Below are positions 28,231 to 39,947 of a stretch of 64,000 nucleotides of DNA, in pieces (positions within the stretch are counted from its first letter, which is position 1; each line of letters opens with the position of its first letter). This DNA comes from an uncultured delta proteobacterium (GTDB taxonomy: Bacteria; Desulfobacterota; Binatia; Binatales; Binataceae), in the NCBI GenBank assembly GCA_963711565.1, contig CAVQEQ010000003.1:317411-381410 (forward strand). The letters run 5' to 3'. The notes below the pieces were generated by a model that was not told the DNA's origin, made no database searches, and saw only the letters and a program-made list of their open reading frames with translations. The position numbers and the translations under genes were made by a program.

Positions 28231-30312
28231 TTACCCAGGGCGGTTGCCGGCCAGGATAGATTTGGCAACTTTGACAATGTGCTCTGGAGTAAAGCCCAGC
28301 TCACGCATCACGATTTCACCCGGCGCCGAAGCACCGAAGCGGTTCAGCCCGATGATTGCGCCTTCGAGTCCCACGTAGCGCTCCCACCCTAGCGGGGAAC
28401 CTGCCTCGACACTGACTCGCGCTTTGACGCCGGGAGGAAGAACCATGTCCTTGTAGGATTGCGGCTGCGCCTGAAACAGATCCCAACACGGCATCGAGAC
28501 CACCCGGCTGGCAACTCCCTCACGAGTCAGTTGGTTGTGCGCCTCGAGCGCGATCGAAACTTCGGAACCGGTAGCGATGAGGATGAGCTTGGGCGGACCT
28601 GCAGCGCAGTCGGCAAGGACGTAAGCTCCTTTTGCCGTTCCCGCAGCGGGGGCCAGCGCACTGCGGTCAAAAATGGGCAACTTCTGGCGCGTAAACACCA
28701 GCCCCACCGGCCCCTCAGTATGCGCCACCGCGATCTTCCACGCTTCGACTGTCTCGTTGGCGTCGGCTGGACGCAGAAGCATTAGATCGGGAATCGCGCG
28801 CAGGCTTGCCAGTTGTTCCACCGGCTGATGCGTGGGTCCGTCCTCGCCCAAGCCGATGCTGTCGTGGGTCCACACGTAGATCACGTGGGCCTTACTCAAA
28901 GCAGCCAGTCGGATGCTCGGCCGCATGTAGTCGGAAAACGTAAAGAAGGTCGCGGCGTAAGGCAGGATGCCGCCATGCAGGGCCATGCCCGTGGCGATTG
29001 CGGCCATGGCGTGCTCGCGAATGCCGAAATGGATGTTGCGCCCCGCGTACCCCAATGGACCGCCCACCATTCCCTGGGTAGGGGGCGCACCTGCGGGCGG
29101 CTTAAACTCGGGGCTCTCGAAATCGCCCTTGCCCTTGAGCGCGGTGCGTGTCGACGGATCGAGGTCGCCCGATCCACCGATCAAGTTGGGTATCACCTCG
29201 GCCAACGCGACGATGGTTTTCTGTCCGGCGTCGCGCGTCGCCATCGCGCCATCCGCAGGCGTGAACCGGGGAAGGGCCGCATCCCATCCCTTGGGCAGTT
29301 CACCGGCGAGCGTCTGCCGAAGCTTGTCAGCCAAATCCGGATCGGCAGCGCGCAAACCATCCACGCGTCGATGCCAATCCGCCTCGAGGTCGCGGCCTTT
29401 TTCCACCGACCTGCGAAACTGGGCCAAGGCCTCGTCGGGAATGTAGAAAGTCTTGTCTTCAGGCCAACCCAGCGCCCGCTTGGTTAATCGCACCTCTTCG
29501 ACGCCCAAGGGCTCGCCGTGCGCCTCAAAAGTATCGTGCTTATGCGGACTGCCATAGCCGATATGGGTGCGCGCCACGATTAGCGACGGCCGGTCCTCCA
29601 CCGCCTTGGCCTTGGTTAAGGCACTATCAACCGCGGCAATATCCATCCCGTCGATATGCTCGACATGCCATCCATAAGCCTGGAATCGCGCGCCTACGTC
29701 TTCGGTGAAGGTAACGTCGGCGCTGGCCGAGAGGGTGATCTGGTTGGCGTCGTAGAGCACGATCAATCGCCCGAGCCGAAACTGACCCGCTATCGAGGCA
29801 GCTTCGGCCGCGACGCCTTCCATCATGTCGCCGTCGCTGGCCATCACATACGTATGGTGATTCACCACTTCGTGGCCCGGCCGATTGAAGGTGGCTGCCA
29901 GCCAGCGCTCCGCGATTGCCAATCCCACCGCGTTCCCAACACCTTGACCCAGCGGACCCGTCGTAACTTCTGCTCCGGGCACCACACCATACTCGGGATG
30001 TCCCGGAGTGCGGCTCCCCCATTGGCGGAATTGCTTGATATCGTCCATGCCAAGGTCGTATCCAGTCAGGAACAGCATGCTGTAGAGCAGCATGCTGGCG
30101 TGTCCCGCCGACAGGACGAACCGATCGCGATCGGGCCATTTGGGGTTGGCGGGACTATGCCGGAGATGGCGCGTCCACAAGACGTACGCCATCGGGGCCG
30201 CGCCCAGCGGCATTCCCGGATGTCCCGAGTTCGCTTTCTGGACCGCGTCGATCGAGAGCGTCCGGATAGTGTTAATGCATAAATCGTCGATTGGCTGAAT
30301 CGTCGTAGTCAT
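28231..30312 (-). CDS. tkt: transketolase
   Basis: TPP-binding GHPG motif, GDGDMMEG and a C-terminal domain. Confidence 0.95.
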   Translation of the reverse strand: MTTTIQPIDDLCINTIRTLSIDAVQKANSGHPGMPLGAAPMAYVLWTRHLRHSPANPKWPDRDRFVLSAGHASMLLYSMLFLTGYDLGMDDIKQFRQWGSRTPGHPEYGVVPGAEVTTGPLGQGVGNAVGLAIAERWLAATFNRPGHEVVNHHTYVMASDGDMMEGVAAEAASIAGQFRLGRLIVLYDANQITLSASADVTFTEDVGARFQAYGWHVEHIDGMDIAAVDSALTKAKAVEDRPSLIVARTHIGYGSPHKHDTFEAHGEPLGVEEVRLTKRALGWPEDKTFYIPDEALAQFRRSVEKGRDLEADWHRRVDGLRAADPDLADKLRQTLAGELPKGWDAALPRFTPADGAMATRDAGQKTIVALAEVIPNLIGGSGDLDPSTRTALKGKGDFESPEFKPPAGAPPTQGMVGGPLGYAGRNIHFGIREHAMAAIATGMALHGGILPYAATFFTFSDYMRPSIRLAALSKAHVIYVWTHDSIGLGEDGPTHQPVEQLASLRAIPDLMLLRPADANETVEAWKIAVAHTEGPVGLVFTRQKLPIFDRSALAPAAGTAKGAYVLADCAAGPPKLILIATGSEVSIALEAHNQLTREGVASRVVSMPCWDLFQAQPQSYKDMVLPPGVKARVSVEAGSPLGWERYVGLEGAIIGLNRFGASAPGEIVMRELGFTPEHIVKVAKSILAGNRPG

Positions 30313-30431
30313 GATTCCTCTGAACCGTGAGCAATATCACGTTCCGCGTCCAGATCACGGGCCGCAGACAATTGTGTGACCAGTGAGGAAGAGAAAAGTG
30401 ATCGCGAGTCAGGCGTCGCGCTCGTGTTCAA

Positions 30432-30932
30432 CTATGCCTTGACTTCCCGCAATCTGCCCGTGTCCACGTCGAAAATGACGCCGCGCACGGGGACCTCTTT
30501 GGCAATCCAGGGATGCGACCTGACTTTCTTGATCTGCTCCCGGGTATTTTGCTCGGGGTCCTTATAGGAGAAGAAGCGCATTGGAGCCGGCGAAGCATCG
30601 CCGGTCGAAGCGCTCAGCTTCGCGTTCAGCTCGTCATCCGTGAATGTCGTAAACCCGCAGCCGGTGTGGTTGAGCAGCAGTATCTCTGTGGTCCCGAGTA
30701 TACGGTTGGAAACAACAAGTTCCCCGAGAACATCTTCTGTTACGGCTGGTCCGCCGGTTCGGATGACGTCTAAATCGGCTTGCGGCAGACCCAAGATTCC
30801 AGGGAGGTCCGAGAGCCGTGGATCCATGCAGGTTACAACTGCGATTTTGGGGGCCGGACGCTTCCCCATCTTCGGATCGTAGTTTTTTGCATAGTTGCTG
30901 TTTGCTTCCAGCGCCTTATCGATAATGCTCAT
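30432..30932 (-). CDS. beta-class carbonic anhydrase
   Basis: CMDPR and HTGCG zinc-ligand motifs. Start at MSIIDKALEAN. Confidence 0.7.
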   Translation of the reverse strand: MSIIDKALEANSNYAKNYDPKMGKRPAPKIAVVTCMDPRLSDLPGILGLPQADLDVIRTGGPAVTEDVLGELVVSNRILGTTEILLLNHTGCGFTTFTDDELNAKLSASTGDASPAPMRFFSYKDPEQNTREQIKKVRSHPWIAKEVPVRGVIFDVDTGRLREVKA

Positions 30933-31142
30933 CGTGTTCCTCCTGACAGGCGAACGGTGCGGCCAAGCCCGTTTTTGTAGTGTCGCTCTCCCGACCGTAT
31001 ATGGCAAACCCCAAGCTGGCGGTGGCCGGATTCTGGCAGATGGCACCATTGCCGAGCGCGTTGGCCGGCACGATTGGTCATTCCTCGGAGAGCTTTGTTA
31101 CAATCGACTCAGAATGCGATTTTGCACCGAGGCAATGATTTT

Positions 31143-32084
31143 ATGAGTGACGCCGACGGCCTTCGCTATACAAAGATACCGCTCAATAACGGCTCCGATC
31201 ATATTCCGGCGCTCGGCTTTGGCACGCTGATTCCTGATCCGATCGCAACAAAAGAGGCAGTCAAGATCTCGCTGGCAGCGGGCTTTCGTCAATTCGATTG
31301 CGCCGAGCGGTACCGCAATGAAGAACAGGTGGGCGAGGCAATGCGGGCGGTGTTCAAGGAGGGCAAGGTCAGACGGGAGGACGTTTTTGTAGGAACGAAG
31401 CTCTGGAACAACAATCATCGTCCCGAACGCGTCAGACCCGCCTTCGACGCAAGTCTGAAAAGACTGCAACTCGACTATGTCGATCTATACAGCACCCATA
31501 CTCCGTTCGCTTTCAAACCCGGCGACGAGCAAGACCCGCGAGACAAGAACGGTAATGTGATCTATGACGAGGCGACGACTCTGACGAATACCTGGAAGGC
31601 TTTGGAGAGCCTGGTGGACGAAGGCAGGTGCAAGGCGATCGGATTGTCGAACGTCTATTTGGGACAGCTGAAAGAAGTGTTCGATAGCGCTCGCGTAAAG
31701 CCGGCTGTTGTTCAGGTCGAATCGCATCCATATCTACCTGAATGGGAGCTGCTCAACTATTGCAAGAAGAATGGCATCGTGATGCAGGCCTTCGCGGCGT
31801 TGGGTCATGGTATTGAACCCAAGTTGATCGACGATCCTGTGATCACCGCCATTGCGAAGCGCGTCAACAAAACCCCCGCTCAAGTCCTATTGGCCTGGGC
31901 GGTGCAGCGCGGCACGGCTCCTCTCACCACAGCCACCAGCCTCCGCCATATCGAGGAAAATTTTGATATCTCGACTCTTCCCGATAACGCTATCGAAGAG
32001 ATCACTCAAGGGATCAGTACGCGAGTCAGGCTCAATTCGGTTGTTGCCACTGGCATCCCGGGGTTCATTCCCAAGGGAAGATAA
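31143..32084 (+). CDS. aldo/keto reductase
   Basis: AKR catalytic residues in context (D...Y...K...H) and IGLSN. Confidence 0.85.
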   Translation: MSDADGLRYTKIPLNNGSDHIPALGFGTLIPDPIATKEAVKISLAAGFRQFDCAERYRNEEQVGEAMRAVFKEGKVRREDVFVGTKLWNNNHRPERVRPAFDASLKRLQLDYVDLYSTHTPFAFKPGDEQDPRDKNGNVIYDEATTLTNTWKALESLVDEGRCKAIGLSNVYLGQLKEVFDSARVKPAVVQVESHPYLPEWELLNYCKKNGIVMQAFAALGHGIEPKLIDDPVITAIAKRVNKTPAQVLLAWAVQRGTAPLTTATSLRHIEENFDISTLPDNAIEEITQGISTRVRLNSVVATGIPGFIPKGR

Positions 32085-32109
32085 ACGTTCGAGCCGGGAT
32101 TTCGCGGAA

Positions 32110-32210
32110 CCTAACCCCTAACCCTTTGCCTCGAGGGAAGGGGGACCGGAGGGCGGGTGCGGAATCTTTAGACCTCTCCCCTAACCCCTCTCCCTTCTGG
32201 AGAGGGGAAC
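32110..32210. repeat. two tandem REP-like family-A hairpins between convergent genes
   Basis: cctaacccctaaccctttgcctcgagggaaggggg followed by gacctctcccctaacccctctcccttctggagaggggaac. Confidence 0.55.
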
Positions 32211-32244
32211 AAAGGACGCGTTCTGCGCGACCGCTTACCTAATT

Positions 32245-34272
32245 CTACTTTGGGGCTTTGCCGGTTCCTGATAACTCTACGGACTGGGGCGAAGTTGTCA
32301 GGTTGTCGTAGATCATCAGTTCGCCGATCTGTCGCGTCGTGTCGGGTGGGGTGAAGGTTACCTTTACCTTGCAGGTTTTGCCGGGATCTAGCGTTGTGGC
32401 GCATTCCGATTTTATCGTGAAGACCGACGGCGTTGCGGTTTCCATCGCGATGCTTACGGCTACGCCCGTCTTTTTCTTGTTCGTATTTTTGAGCGTTACG
32501 GTCTGGGACTTGCTGGGTGTTCCGACTATCACCTTGCTGCCGAATGAGAGCGAAGCGGGAATTATGCTCAGCCGATTTCTTTCACCGCCGGGGAACAATC
32601 CGAATACAGCGAGCTGGGTTTGCGTACCCATGTAGACCGCGCCGTTGGCTACCGTCGGATTGGTGAACTTTACCGCCGGTCCGGGATCATCCGAGTTGAA
32701 CTGGTTGCTGTTGTATAGCTCGTTATTCAGGCTGGCCGCATCGAAGGCGTAGAGAATCGCGGGACCGGCCGATTTCCATGCCGTACTATCGATCGCCCAC
32801 AGGATGCCGCCGGTGGTGCCGTTGGCTGAGATGACCGGCGACGCGCCGGGGAATCCAAAGGTGTGGTTCGCGGCCGAGGCCCACGGCGTCTTGATCAATC
32901 CATTGGAGAGAACGAACATCTTCGGCTGATCGTTCACGCCGACCGTGTAGATCATGTTCCGCGCGCCGGCCTTCTTTACCGTTCCATTCCAGTACGCAGG
33001 CGTACTGAACATCCCACCGATCTGGCCGTTCAGTTGCTGCACCATCTCGTTCATGCTCGCGTTGAATCCACCCATCGCGTCGCGATTGACAAGATAGATC
33101 GTTCCCAGCTTGCCGACGCCGATCATCAGATGAGGGTTGGGCCCGGGCTGATCGGGCAGCAACAGGTTGCCGCCCGAGCCCATGTCCAGATCGTCGTCGT
33201 CGAGGAGCAACTCGTCCAGCGGTGTGAAAAAGGTGTTGACCGTGAATGAACCGGGCGTGCCGAGGACGGGCGTCAGCCTAAGAAAGCTGTCGCCGTAATC
33301 GACCGGCGACGCGCCGGTATCGAAGTCCCCGTTGCCGGTGATCGCGATTAAATCGCCGTTGGTATCGACGCCGGGACCGCATCCCGCCTCCCAGATGCCG
33401 GCCTGCTGGCCGTTGGGTGTAGTGTTGAACACAGCCACCTGCGCCAGGGTGGTCTCGTCGTAGCCGAGAATCCATCCGTGGTAGGGCTGAACGTCGCAAT
33501 GCGAGGCGAAGGTCAAATAGACGACGCCGTTCGCGAGCGTCAGCGCGGGCCGATCGTGCTGCAGCAGAGGATCGAACGTGATTACGCCGTCAACGCTGTC
33601 CTCTCCAGTTCCCGGCACGCTCGCCGTAATCGTGACGGGACTGTTCGGCTTTATTTCAAACCCAGTCGTGATATCCAGCGCGTGAAGCTGTTGCTGATAC
33701 TCACCGGGACCGAGCTTGACCTTGGAAAGGACGTAGAGCGTCCCGGTGTCGGGGTCAATCACGGGCGTCGCCGTAATCCCAATCATGGGGGTGATGTCGG
33801 TGCATGACGATCCGAGATCGGGCTGCGGCACCGGGGTAATTCCATCGGCGGGATCGATGAAGCTCGTTTGCCATAGCGGAGGACCCGGGGCGTCAGCGTC
33901 AAAGGCGTAGACGCTGTCGTTCTCGGTCGCGACGTATACGACGTTGTGCGTGCCCTGGCCCGGAATCTCGACCGCCGGGACGTAGAGCGGCTGCGCATAG
34001 GCCTCGCCGTCAAGCGCGTCGGTGAAGAGCAGACCGAATTTCGACGCGGTGACGGTAGAGGGAGTCAGCACGCTCTCCGCGAGGTTTTGACCGGTGCGAA
34101 AATTATCGTTGCGGTAAAGGTATTGCCCGGTGTAACCTGGCTCCAGCGCGCGCGCCGAGCGCGATTGCGCCGCCGCGGACGTCGCGCGGCAAATCAGGCC
34201 GATGCCTGAGATAAGTGCGACGAGCGCAGCGCTCAAACCCAGTCGGAACGATCGCTCCGTCACCTTCCCCAC
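32245..34272 (-). CDS. PQQ-like beta-propeller repeat protein with a C-terminal choice-of-anchor-D-like domain (secreted)
   Basis: Signal peptide and repeated propeller blades. The C-terminal ~110 aa resemble the C-termini of the S53 giants. Confidence 0.65.
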   Translation of the reverse strand: MGKVTERSFRLGLSAALVALISGIGLICRATSAAAQSRSARALEPGYTGQYLYRNDNFRTGQNLAESVLTPSTVTASKFGLLFTDALDGEAYAQPLYVPAVEIPGQGTHNVVYVATENDSVYAFDADAPGPPLWQTSFIDPADGITPVPQPDLGSSCTDITPMIGITATPVIDPDTGTLYVLSKVKLGPGEYQQQLHALDITTGFEIKPNSPVTITASVPGTGEDSVDGVITFDPLLQHDRPALTLANGVVYLTFASHCDVQPYHGWILGYDETTLAQVAVFNTTPNGQQAGIWEAGCGPGVDTNGDLIAITGNGDFDTGASPVDYGDSFLRLTPVLGTPGSFTVNTFFTPLDELLLDDDDLDMGSGGNLLLPDQPGPNPHLMIGVGKLGTIYLVNRDAMGGFNASMNEMVQQLNGQIGGMFSTPAYWNGTVKKAGARNMIYTVGVNDQPKMFVLSNGLIKTPWASAANHTFGFPGASPVISANGTTGGILWAIDSTAWKSAGPAILYAFDAASLNNELYNSNQFNSDDPGPAVKFTNPTVANGAVYMGTQTQLAVFGLFPGGERNRLSIIPASLSFGSKVIVGTPSKSQTVTLKNTNKKKTGVAVSIAMETATPSVFTIKSECATTLDPGKTCKVKVTFTPPDTTRQIGELMIYDNLTTSPQSVELSGTGKAPK

Positions 34273-34456
34273 CGAATTGATCTGTCGCGTTTCGCACGCA
34301 TTCTAATGAGGTAAGCGCGGCGCGTCCATCACCGTTTCCCGTCCGACGGCGCCCTCTGACCGCGCACACAAAATTCATACTTGCTTATTGGCAAAGATAA
34401 ATCGTACCTATCAGGGTGCATTCAGGAACGATACGCAAGAACGGGAGGTACGGCCG

Positions 34457-34891
34457 ATGATCACTCAATCGTCGAAGCGATCGATTGTCATTGCGACATT
34501 GGCGCTACTGATGGCCTGCGCGACTGAATCGCGCGCACAAATCAGCAGCTATATTCCGTCTGCGCCGGGTCAGGCGGCGCAGGCACTCACCGGCAGTCAG
34601 CAGTCGGCAGCGAACAGTGCGTTGTGTTCCGCGATTGGGAGCCATTTCCCCAATCCCGCCGCTGCCGGTCCGTCCGCATTGAGCGACCCAGCCGTGATGT
34701 CGACCGCGGCTACGTCATTCGCAGGCAGCACGAGTCTTCCGCTATCGAGCGCCACCGACATGCTGAAAGGGTACGTAGCTCAACATGCCACCGACATCCT
34801 CGCGACGTGCGCAACGAGCAACGCGACGAGCGGCTTGACGTCGAAGATTCCGGGGGGCGGAAGTTTGCCCTCGGTTCCAAAAATGCCCTGA
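34457..34891 (+). CDS. hypothetical secreted Ser/Ala-rich protein
   Basis: Signal peptide (MITQSSKRSIVIATLALLMACA). Confidence 0.4.
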   Translation: MITQSSKRSIVIATLALLMACATESRAQISSYIPSAPGQAAQALTGSQQSAANSALCSAIGSHFPNPAAAGPSALSDPAVMSTAATSFAGSTSLPLSSATDMLKGYVAQHATDILATCATSNATSGLTSKIPGGGSLPSVPKMP

Positions 34892-34945
34892 ATCAGGCGG
34901 GACACGCTTGCAGGGCGGCGTTATCTGCGGGCAGAGTATTCCGAC

Positions 34946-35704
34946 ATGGGCAGTCATCCGCAGGCTTCATCTTATACCGCTGCCGCGCCGCGCGGCTTCT
35001 TCAACCTCATCTGGGGCATCGTCGCGACGATTCTGTCGGTGCTGTGGACCGCGATCTGCGCGATCAGCGCGGCCAGCGCGGCTTTGATAAACAAGCCGCA
35101 CTGGGTCACCCTGGTTACGCGAGCGTGGGGGCGCGGAATAATCGGAGTTTCTGGCATCAAGGTGCAAATCGAGGGCCTCGAAAATCTCACCGGCCTGCGG
35201 TCGTACGTGCTGGTCGCCAATCATCAGAGCTTCTTCGATATCTTCGCGACCGCCGCCTACATGCCGGGCGAGCCGCGTTTCGTCGGCAAGAAAGAACTGC
35301 TCAAAGTCCCGCTGGTCGGCTTCGCGATGAAGCATGGCGGCCACATCCTGATCGACCGCGAGGCCGGCGGCCAGGCAATTCGCAAGGCGATCAAGATCAT
35401 CCAGAGCGGCCTCGACGTTTGCGTCTTCGCCGAGGGCCATCGCTTCAACGACAATCGCATCCACGAGTTCGAAGACGGCGCGGCGTGGCTCGCGATCCTG
35501 TCGAAGCTGCCGGTGGTGCCGATGTCGATCAGCGGCTCGGGCGTTTTCTTCCCGCGCGGCGCGATGTTCGTAACGCCGGGCCTGACGATGAAGATGAGGA
35601 TCGGGAAGCCGATCTCAACCGACGGAATGCGCAGCGCCGACCGCACCGAACTGACGCATCGCCTCGAAGAAGCGGTCCGCGCCAGTTTCACGACCGAGGT
35701 GTGA
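34946..35704 (+). CDS. plsC: 1-acyl-sn-glycerol-3-phosphate acyltransferase
   Basis: HX4D-type motif NHQSFFD and FAEG. Confidence 0.85.
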   Translation: MGSHPQASSYTAAAPRGFFNLIWGIVATILSVLWTAICAISAASAALINKPHWVTLVTRAWGRGIIGVSGIKVQIEGLENLTGLRSYVLVANHQSFFDIFATAAYMPGEPRFVGKKELLKVPLVGFAMKHGGHILIDREAGGQAIRKAIKIIQSGLDVCVFAEGHRFNDNRIHEFEDGAAWLAILSKLPVVPMSISGSGVFFPRGAMFVTPGLTMKMRIGKPISTDGMRSADRTELTHRLEEAVRASFTTEV

Positions 35705-35716
35705 GAGGTCTCGCGC

Positions 35717-36349
35717 TTATCTGACGTGAGTTTCGCGCGATCGCGTGTGCGGCGCAGTTGACGTGATCAGCGGCGCGAGCATCAAGCCCGCGGCGTGATT
35801 CAGCACCTCCTCGAAGTCGAGGTCGGGGTTCACTACCCAGAGCAGCGTCAGGCCCTCGAACAGCGCGACGCCGCTGATTGCGGCCTTGCGCGGATCGACC
35901 GGGCGCAGCTCGCCCTTCTCGACACCGTCGGCGATCAGCCGCGAGAAGGCGTCGATGTAGGCCTCGAAGTAACCGCGCGCGCTCCGGCGAATCGAGGGAT
36001 TGCGCGCCGCCATCGCGTAGGCCTCGAGCTCGACGCCGGCGACCTGGCGGGCGTTACGGACCTGCTCGGTGGCGCATCGCGCAACCGTCATAATGCGCTC
36101 GACGACGGGGCGGTCTGATTCGAGCTGCTCGGCAACGTCCTGGAGCGAGCGCTCGAACATGCGCGCGAGCGACGCCGCGATAATTTCGTCCTTGCTCTTG
36201 AAGTACCAGTAGATTGCGCCCTTGCTGAGTTGCGACTCCTCGACGATTTGTTCCATCCGCGATTCGGCAAAGCCGTTGCGCGCGAAGACCTTCTCGGCGG
36301 CGTCGAGGATCTGATGGCGGCGTTCTTTGCTGACTTCGGGTCGCGACAT
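35717..36349 (-). CDS. TetR/AcrR-family transcriptional regulator
   Basis: N-terminal HTH (AAEKVFARNGFAESRMEQIVEESQLSKGAIYWYFKSK). Confidence 0.9.
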   Translation of the reverse strand: MSRPEVSKERRHQILDAAEKVFARNGFAESRMEQIVEESQLSKGAIYWYFKSKDEIIAASLARMFERSLQDVAEQLESDRPVVERIMTVARCATEQVRNARQVAGVELEAYAMAARNPSIRRSARGYFEAYIDAFSRLIADGVEKGELRPVDPRKAAISGVALFEGLTLLWVVNPDLDFEEVLNHAAGLMLAPLITSTAPHTRSRETHVR

Positions 36350-36364
36350 TTTACGCAGTCTCGC

Positions 36365-37780
36365 TTAAGACTGCGCCGGATCGACCGTCATCTTCAAGCC
36401 GTAGCGCGGGCGCAGCGTGACCAACGGTTGCAGCTCGACGGGATGCCCCGGGACCATGCGCAGGCGAAATTTCTGCGCGATGGCGGCGAGGATCAAATTT
36501 GCCTCGGTCAGTGCAAAAGTGTTGCCGATGCACAGGCGCGGGCCGCCGCCGAAGGGAAAGTATGCGTAGCGCGGGCGATTGGCGGATCGCTCCGGCGAAA
36601 AGCGATCGGGATCGAAGCTTTCGGGATTCTCCCAGAAATCCGGATGGCGATGGGTCAGCCATTGGCTCAGCATCACGCTGGCGCCCTTGGGCACGCTGAA
36701 ACCGAGGACCTCGTCGTCGGCGAGCGGCGAGCGTCCGATCGACCACGCCGGCGGATAGAGCCGCATCGACTCGTCAATAACCATCGAGGTGTAGCGCAGG
36801 TTGGGCAAGTCGGCGACCGTGGGCGCGCGCCCGCCAAGCACGGCGGCGAGTTCGGCGTGGAGCTTTTGCTCGACCGCGGGATTTTGAGAAAGCAGATACC
36901 AGGTCCACGCGAGCGCGTTGGCGGTGGTCTCGTGGCCGGCGGCGATCAAGGTGAGCGCCTCGTCGCGAACCTGTTTGTCGCTCATCGCTTCGCCGGTGTC
37001 CTCGTCGCGCGCGGCGAGCAGCAGCGAGAGCATGTCGCCGCGATCCTCGCCGTGACGCCGATGATCGGCGATCATGCCGGCGATGAGCGCGTCGAACGAT
37101 CGGATGGCGCGGCGGAACTCGCGGTTGCGTCGCGTCGGCAGCCACGGCAGCAGCGTGCCGAGGTCGAACTGGCCGAGGCGTTCGTTGGTGACGGTTACAT
37201 CGTGGCCGATTTCATGCGCCAGCTCGCCCGCGATTTCCACCTTGAACAAAACGCGCGCGACGATCTCGAGCGTGAGTTGCATCATCTCGTTGCACACGTC
37301 GAAGGTGGCGCCCTCACCGGCGAGCGAACTCCACTTATCGAGCATCTTGAGCGTGCTATCTACCATCGTGGCGCCGAATTCCGCGATGCGCTGGCGATGG
37401 AACATCGGCGTCATCAAGCGGCGCTGACTCAGCCACAGCGGATTCTCGCTGGTGAGCAATCCTTCGCCGAGAACGCGCTTGAGGATTTTATAGTCGGGGG
37501 ACTTGACGTAGTTGCGATGGTTCTCCTGCAGCACGTGCTTGACGCCGTCGGGATGCACGACCAGGAAGATTCGCATCGGACCGATCCGGTAGCCGACCAC
37601 GTCGCCATAGCGCTTGAAGTCGACGCTGGTGTGCTCGATCGGTTTGCGTACAATCCGGAACCCGGAGAGCGGCCCGCGCGGTCCCGGCACTGCTCGCGAG
37701 GGTCGAGCGAGCGGACCGACGCGTGGCGCGAGTTCGGGCGAATCGAGAGTGGAAGCCTGGGGAGCGTTCAAAGTATTCAT
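36365..37780 (-). CDS. cytochrome P450
   Basis: Haem-thiolate loop FGGGPRLCIGNTFA and the EXXR motif. Confidence 0.9.
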   Translation of the reverse strand: MNTLNAPQASTLDSPELAPRVGPLARPSRAVPGPRGPLSGFRIVRKPIEHTSVDFKRYGDVVGYRIGPMRIFLVVHPDGVKHVLQENHRNYVKSPDYKILKRVLGEGLLTSENPLWLSQRRLMTPMFHRQRIAEFGATMVDSTLKMLDKWSSLAGEGATFDVCNEMMQLTLEIVARVLFKVEIAGELAHEIGHDVTVTNERLGQFDLGTLLPWLPTRRNREFRRAIRSFDALIAGMIADHRRHGEDRGDMLSLLLAARDEDTGEAMSDKQVRDEALTLIAAGHETTANALAWTWYLLSQNPAVEQKLHAELAAVLGGRAPTVADLPNLRYTSMVIDESMRLYPPAWSIGRSPLADDEVLGFSVPKGASVMLSQWLTHRHPDFWENPESFDPDRFSPERSANRPRYAYFPFGGGPRLCIGNTFALTEANLILAAIAQKFRLRMVPGHPVELQPLVTLRPRYGLKMTVDPAQS

Positions 37781-37947
37781 CGTCTAAACCGACCAGTCAG
37801 TCTGGAATGAAATAAATTTACGCGGCGAGCATCGAAGAAGCAAGGGAATCCCCTACCCTCTAAATCGCGAGCGGCAGATCTAATCTTGCGGAGAAGACGC
37901 GTGCTCATCTATACCCGTAGCTGAAGTCATCGCAGGAGTATCGAAAC

Positions 37948-39540
37948 ATGACGACAGCTACCGCGCCCAAAGAGTCGGCTGCTCAATCTCATCCGATCGT
38001 TGATACCGCATGCGGCAAGGTTCGCGGAGTTGCCGCGAACGGGGTCAGCAGCTTCAAGGGCATTCCGTATGGCGCTTCGACTGCGGGACGCAATCGCTTC
38101 ATGCCGCCGCTTGCGCCGACGCCGTGGGCCGGAGTGCGCGACGCGCTCAGCTATGGACCTACCGCGCCGCAGAATCCGTCTTCGATGCGCGGCCTGGTCG
38201 ATCCACGCAGCGGGTTTGCTGCGTACGCCGACGCTGACGGTATCGTCGAGAGCGAGGATTGTCTCGTGCTCAACGTATGGGCCAGCGACGCGAGCGACGC
38301 TCGCCGGCGGCCGGTGATGGTCTGGCTGCATGGCGGCGGCTTCCAGGCCAGTTCGGGATCGCCGCTGATTTACGACGGCAGCAACCTGGTGCGGCGCGGC
38401 GACGTGGTCGTCGTCAGCGTCAACCATCGCCTAGGCGCGTTGGGCTATACGTATTTCGCCAGCATCGGCGGTGACGAATTTAGTGCGTCGAGCAATGTTG
38501 GGATGCTGGATTTGGTCGCGGCGCTGCAATGGGTGCGCGACAATATCGCGAAGTTCGGCGGCGATCCGCGCAACGTGACGATCTTCGGCGAGTCGGGAGG
38601 CGGGCAGAAAGTCTCGACGCTGCTCGCGATGCCGTCGGCGAAGAATCTTTTTCATCGCGCGGTGATTCAGAGCGGCCCCGGATACAGGATGAACAAGCCC
38701 GACCACGCGGCGAAGGTGGCGGAAATGCTGCTGGCTGAGCTCGGACTCAGCGGTGAGCAGCTCCGCGACGCGCAGACCGTGCCAGTCGAACGCATCGTGG
38801 CCGCGCAGGCGGCAGTCCAGGCCAAGCTCGCCGCGCGCGTGCCGGGCTTTATCCAGGGTTTCTCGCCGGTGGTCGATGGCGTTACGTTGCCGCAGCATCC
38901 ATTCGATCCCACCGCGCCCGAGGTTTCCGCCGGCGTGCCGTTAATCATCGGCTACAACCGCACCGAGATGACGCTGTTCGTCGCCGGCGATCCGACGGCC
39001 TTTGCGCTCGACGAGGACGGGCTGCATCGACGTGCCGGGCGTCTGCTTGGAGCGGAGGCAGATAGCGTGATCGAGGTTTTCCGCAAAGAGAATCCCGGCG
39101 CGAGTCCGTCGGAGCTGATGTTCCTGATTGGAACCGAGTATCCGACCGCCGCCTACTCGAGAAAGATTGCGGAGCGCAAGGCCGCCGCGGGTGGCGCGCC
39201 CGCGTACCTGTACCGCTTCGATTGGGAGACTCCGGTTGCGGGCGGACGGCTCAAATCACCGCATGCGCTCGAGATTCCGTTCGTGTTCGACAACACCGCG
39301 TATGCCCCGCGGCTCGCGCCGGACCGCCCGGACGTCCACGCACTCGCTCACGCGATGAGCGATCAATGGATTGCGTTTGCGCGCACCGGCGATCCCAACG
39401 CCGACGCGGCGCCTCGATGGCTCCCTTACAATGCACCGGATAGGGCGACGATGATTTTCAATAGCGAGTGCAGGGTCGAGAAGGATCCAAATCGCGCGGG
39501 GCGGCAGGCGATCGACAACATCCTGTTTCGGGAAAAGTAG
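37948..39540 (+). CDS. type-B carboxylesterase/lipase
   Basis: EDCLVLNVW and GESGGG nucleophile motifs. Confidence 0.9.
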   Translation: MTTATAPKESAAQSHPIVDTACGKVRGVAANGVSSFKGIPYGASTAGRNRFMPPLAPTPWAGVRDALSYGPTAPQNPSSMRGLVDPRSGFAAYADADGIVESEDCLVLNVWASDASDARRRPVMVWLHGGGFQASSGSPLIYDGSNLVRRGDVVVVSVNHRLGALGYTYFASIGGDEFSASSNVGMLDLVAALQWVRDNIAKFGGDPRNVTIFGESGGGQKVSTLLAMPSAKNLFHRAVIQSGPGYRMNKPDHAAKVAEMLLAELGLSGEQLRDAQTVPVERIVAAQAAVQAKLAARVPGFIQGFSPVVDGVTLPQHPFDPTAPEVSAGVPLIIGYNRTEMTLFVAGDPTAFALDEDGLHRRAGRLLGAEADSVIEVFRKENPGASPSELMFLIGTEYPTAAYSRKIAERKAAAGGAPAYLYRFDWETPVAGGRLKSPHALEIPFVFDNTAYAPRLAPDRPDVHALAHAMSDQWIAFARTGDPNADAAPRWLPYNAPDRATMIFNSECRVEKDPNRAGRQAIDNILFREK

Positions 39541-39548
39541 TCGAACGG

Positions 39549-39905
39549 TCACGCTTTGCGGTCGAAGATGAACAGGGGGACCTGATTGGAGAGCTTGGGA
39601 TCGATCGTCAGGATGCGGCGTCCCGACTCGATCTGAATCGTACCGGCGTCGAGACCGGCGATGTGAAAGTTCGCTACTACTTGATCGACATCCTCCGCTT
39701 CGAGCCACAGACCGATCATTCCTTCGCTCGACGCATCGATCTTCGCGCCGGTGACGAGGCGAATGTCCGCGCGGCCGACCTGCACCGACGCCGACTTCCC
39801 GTCCGTCGATCGAGTTACACGGAAACCGAAGTTCTTTTCGTAAATCGACGCTGCGTCCGCGAGATCCGTGGTCGCGACTTCAAGTGTATCGAGGCGTTTG
39901 ATCAT
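39549..39905 (-). CDS. VOC (glyoxalase/bleomycin-resistance) family protein
   Basis: Start at MIKRLDTLEV. Confidence 0.65.
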   Translation of the reverse strand: MIKRLDTLEVATTDLADAASIYEKNFGFRVTRSTDGKSASVQVGRADIRLVTGAKIDASSEGMIGLWLEAEDVDQVVANFHIAGLDAGTIQIESGRRILTIDPKLSNQVPLFIFDRKA

Positions 39906-39947
39906 CGTTTGAGAAAAAGACGGGGCCGGATTGCTCCAGCCCCGCAC

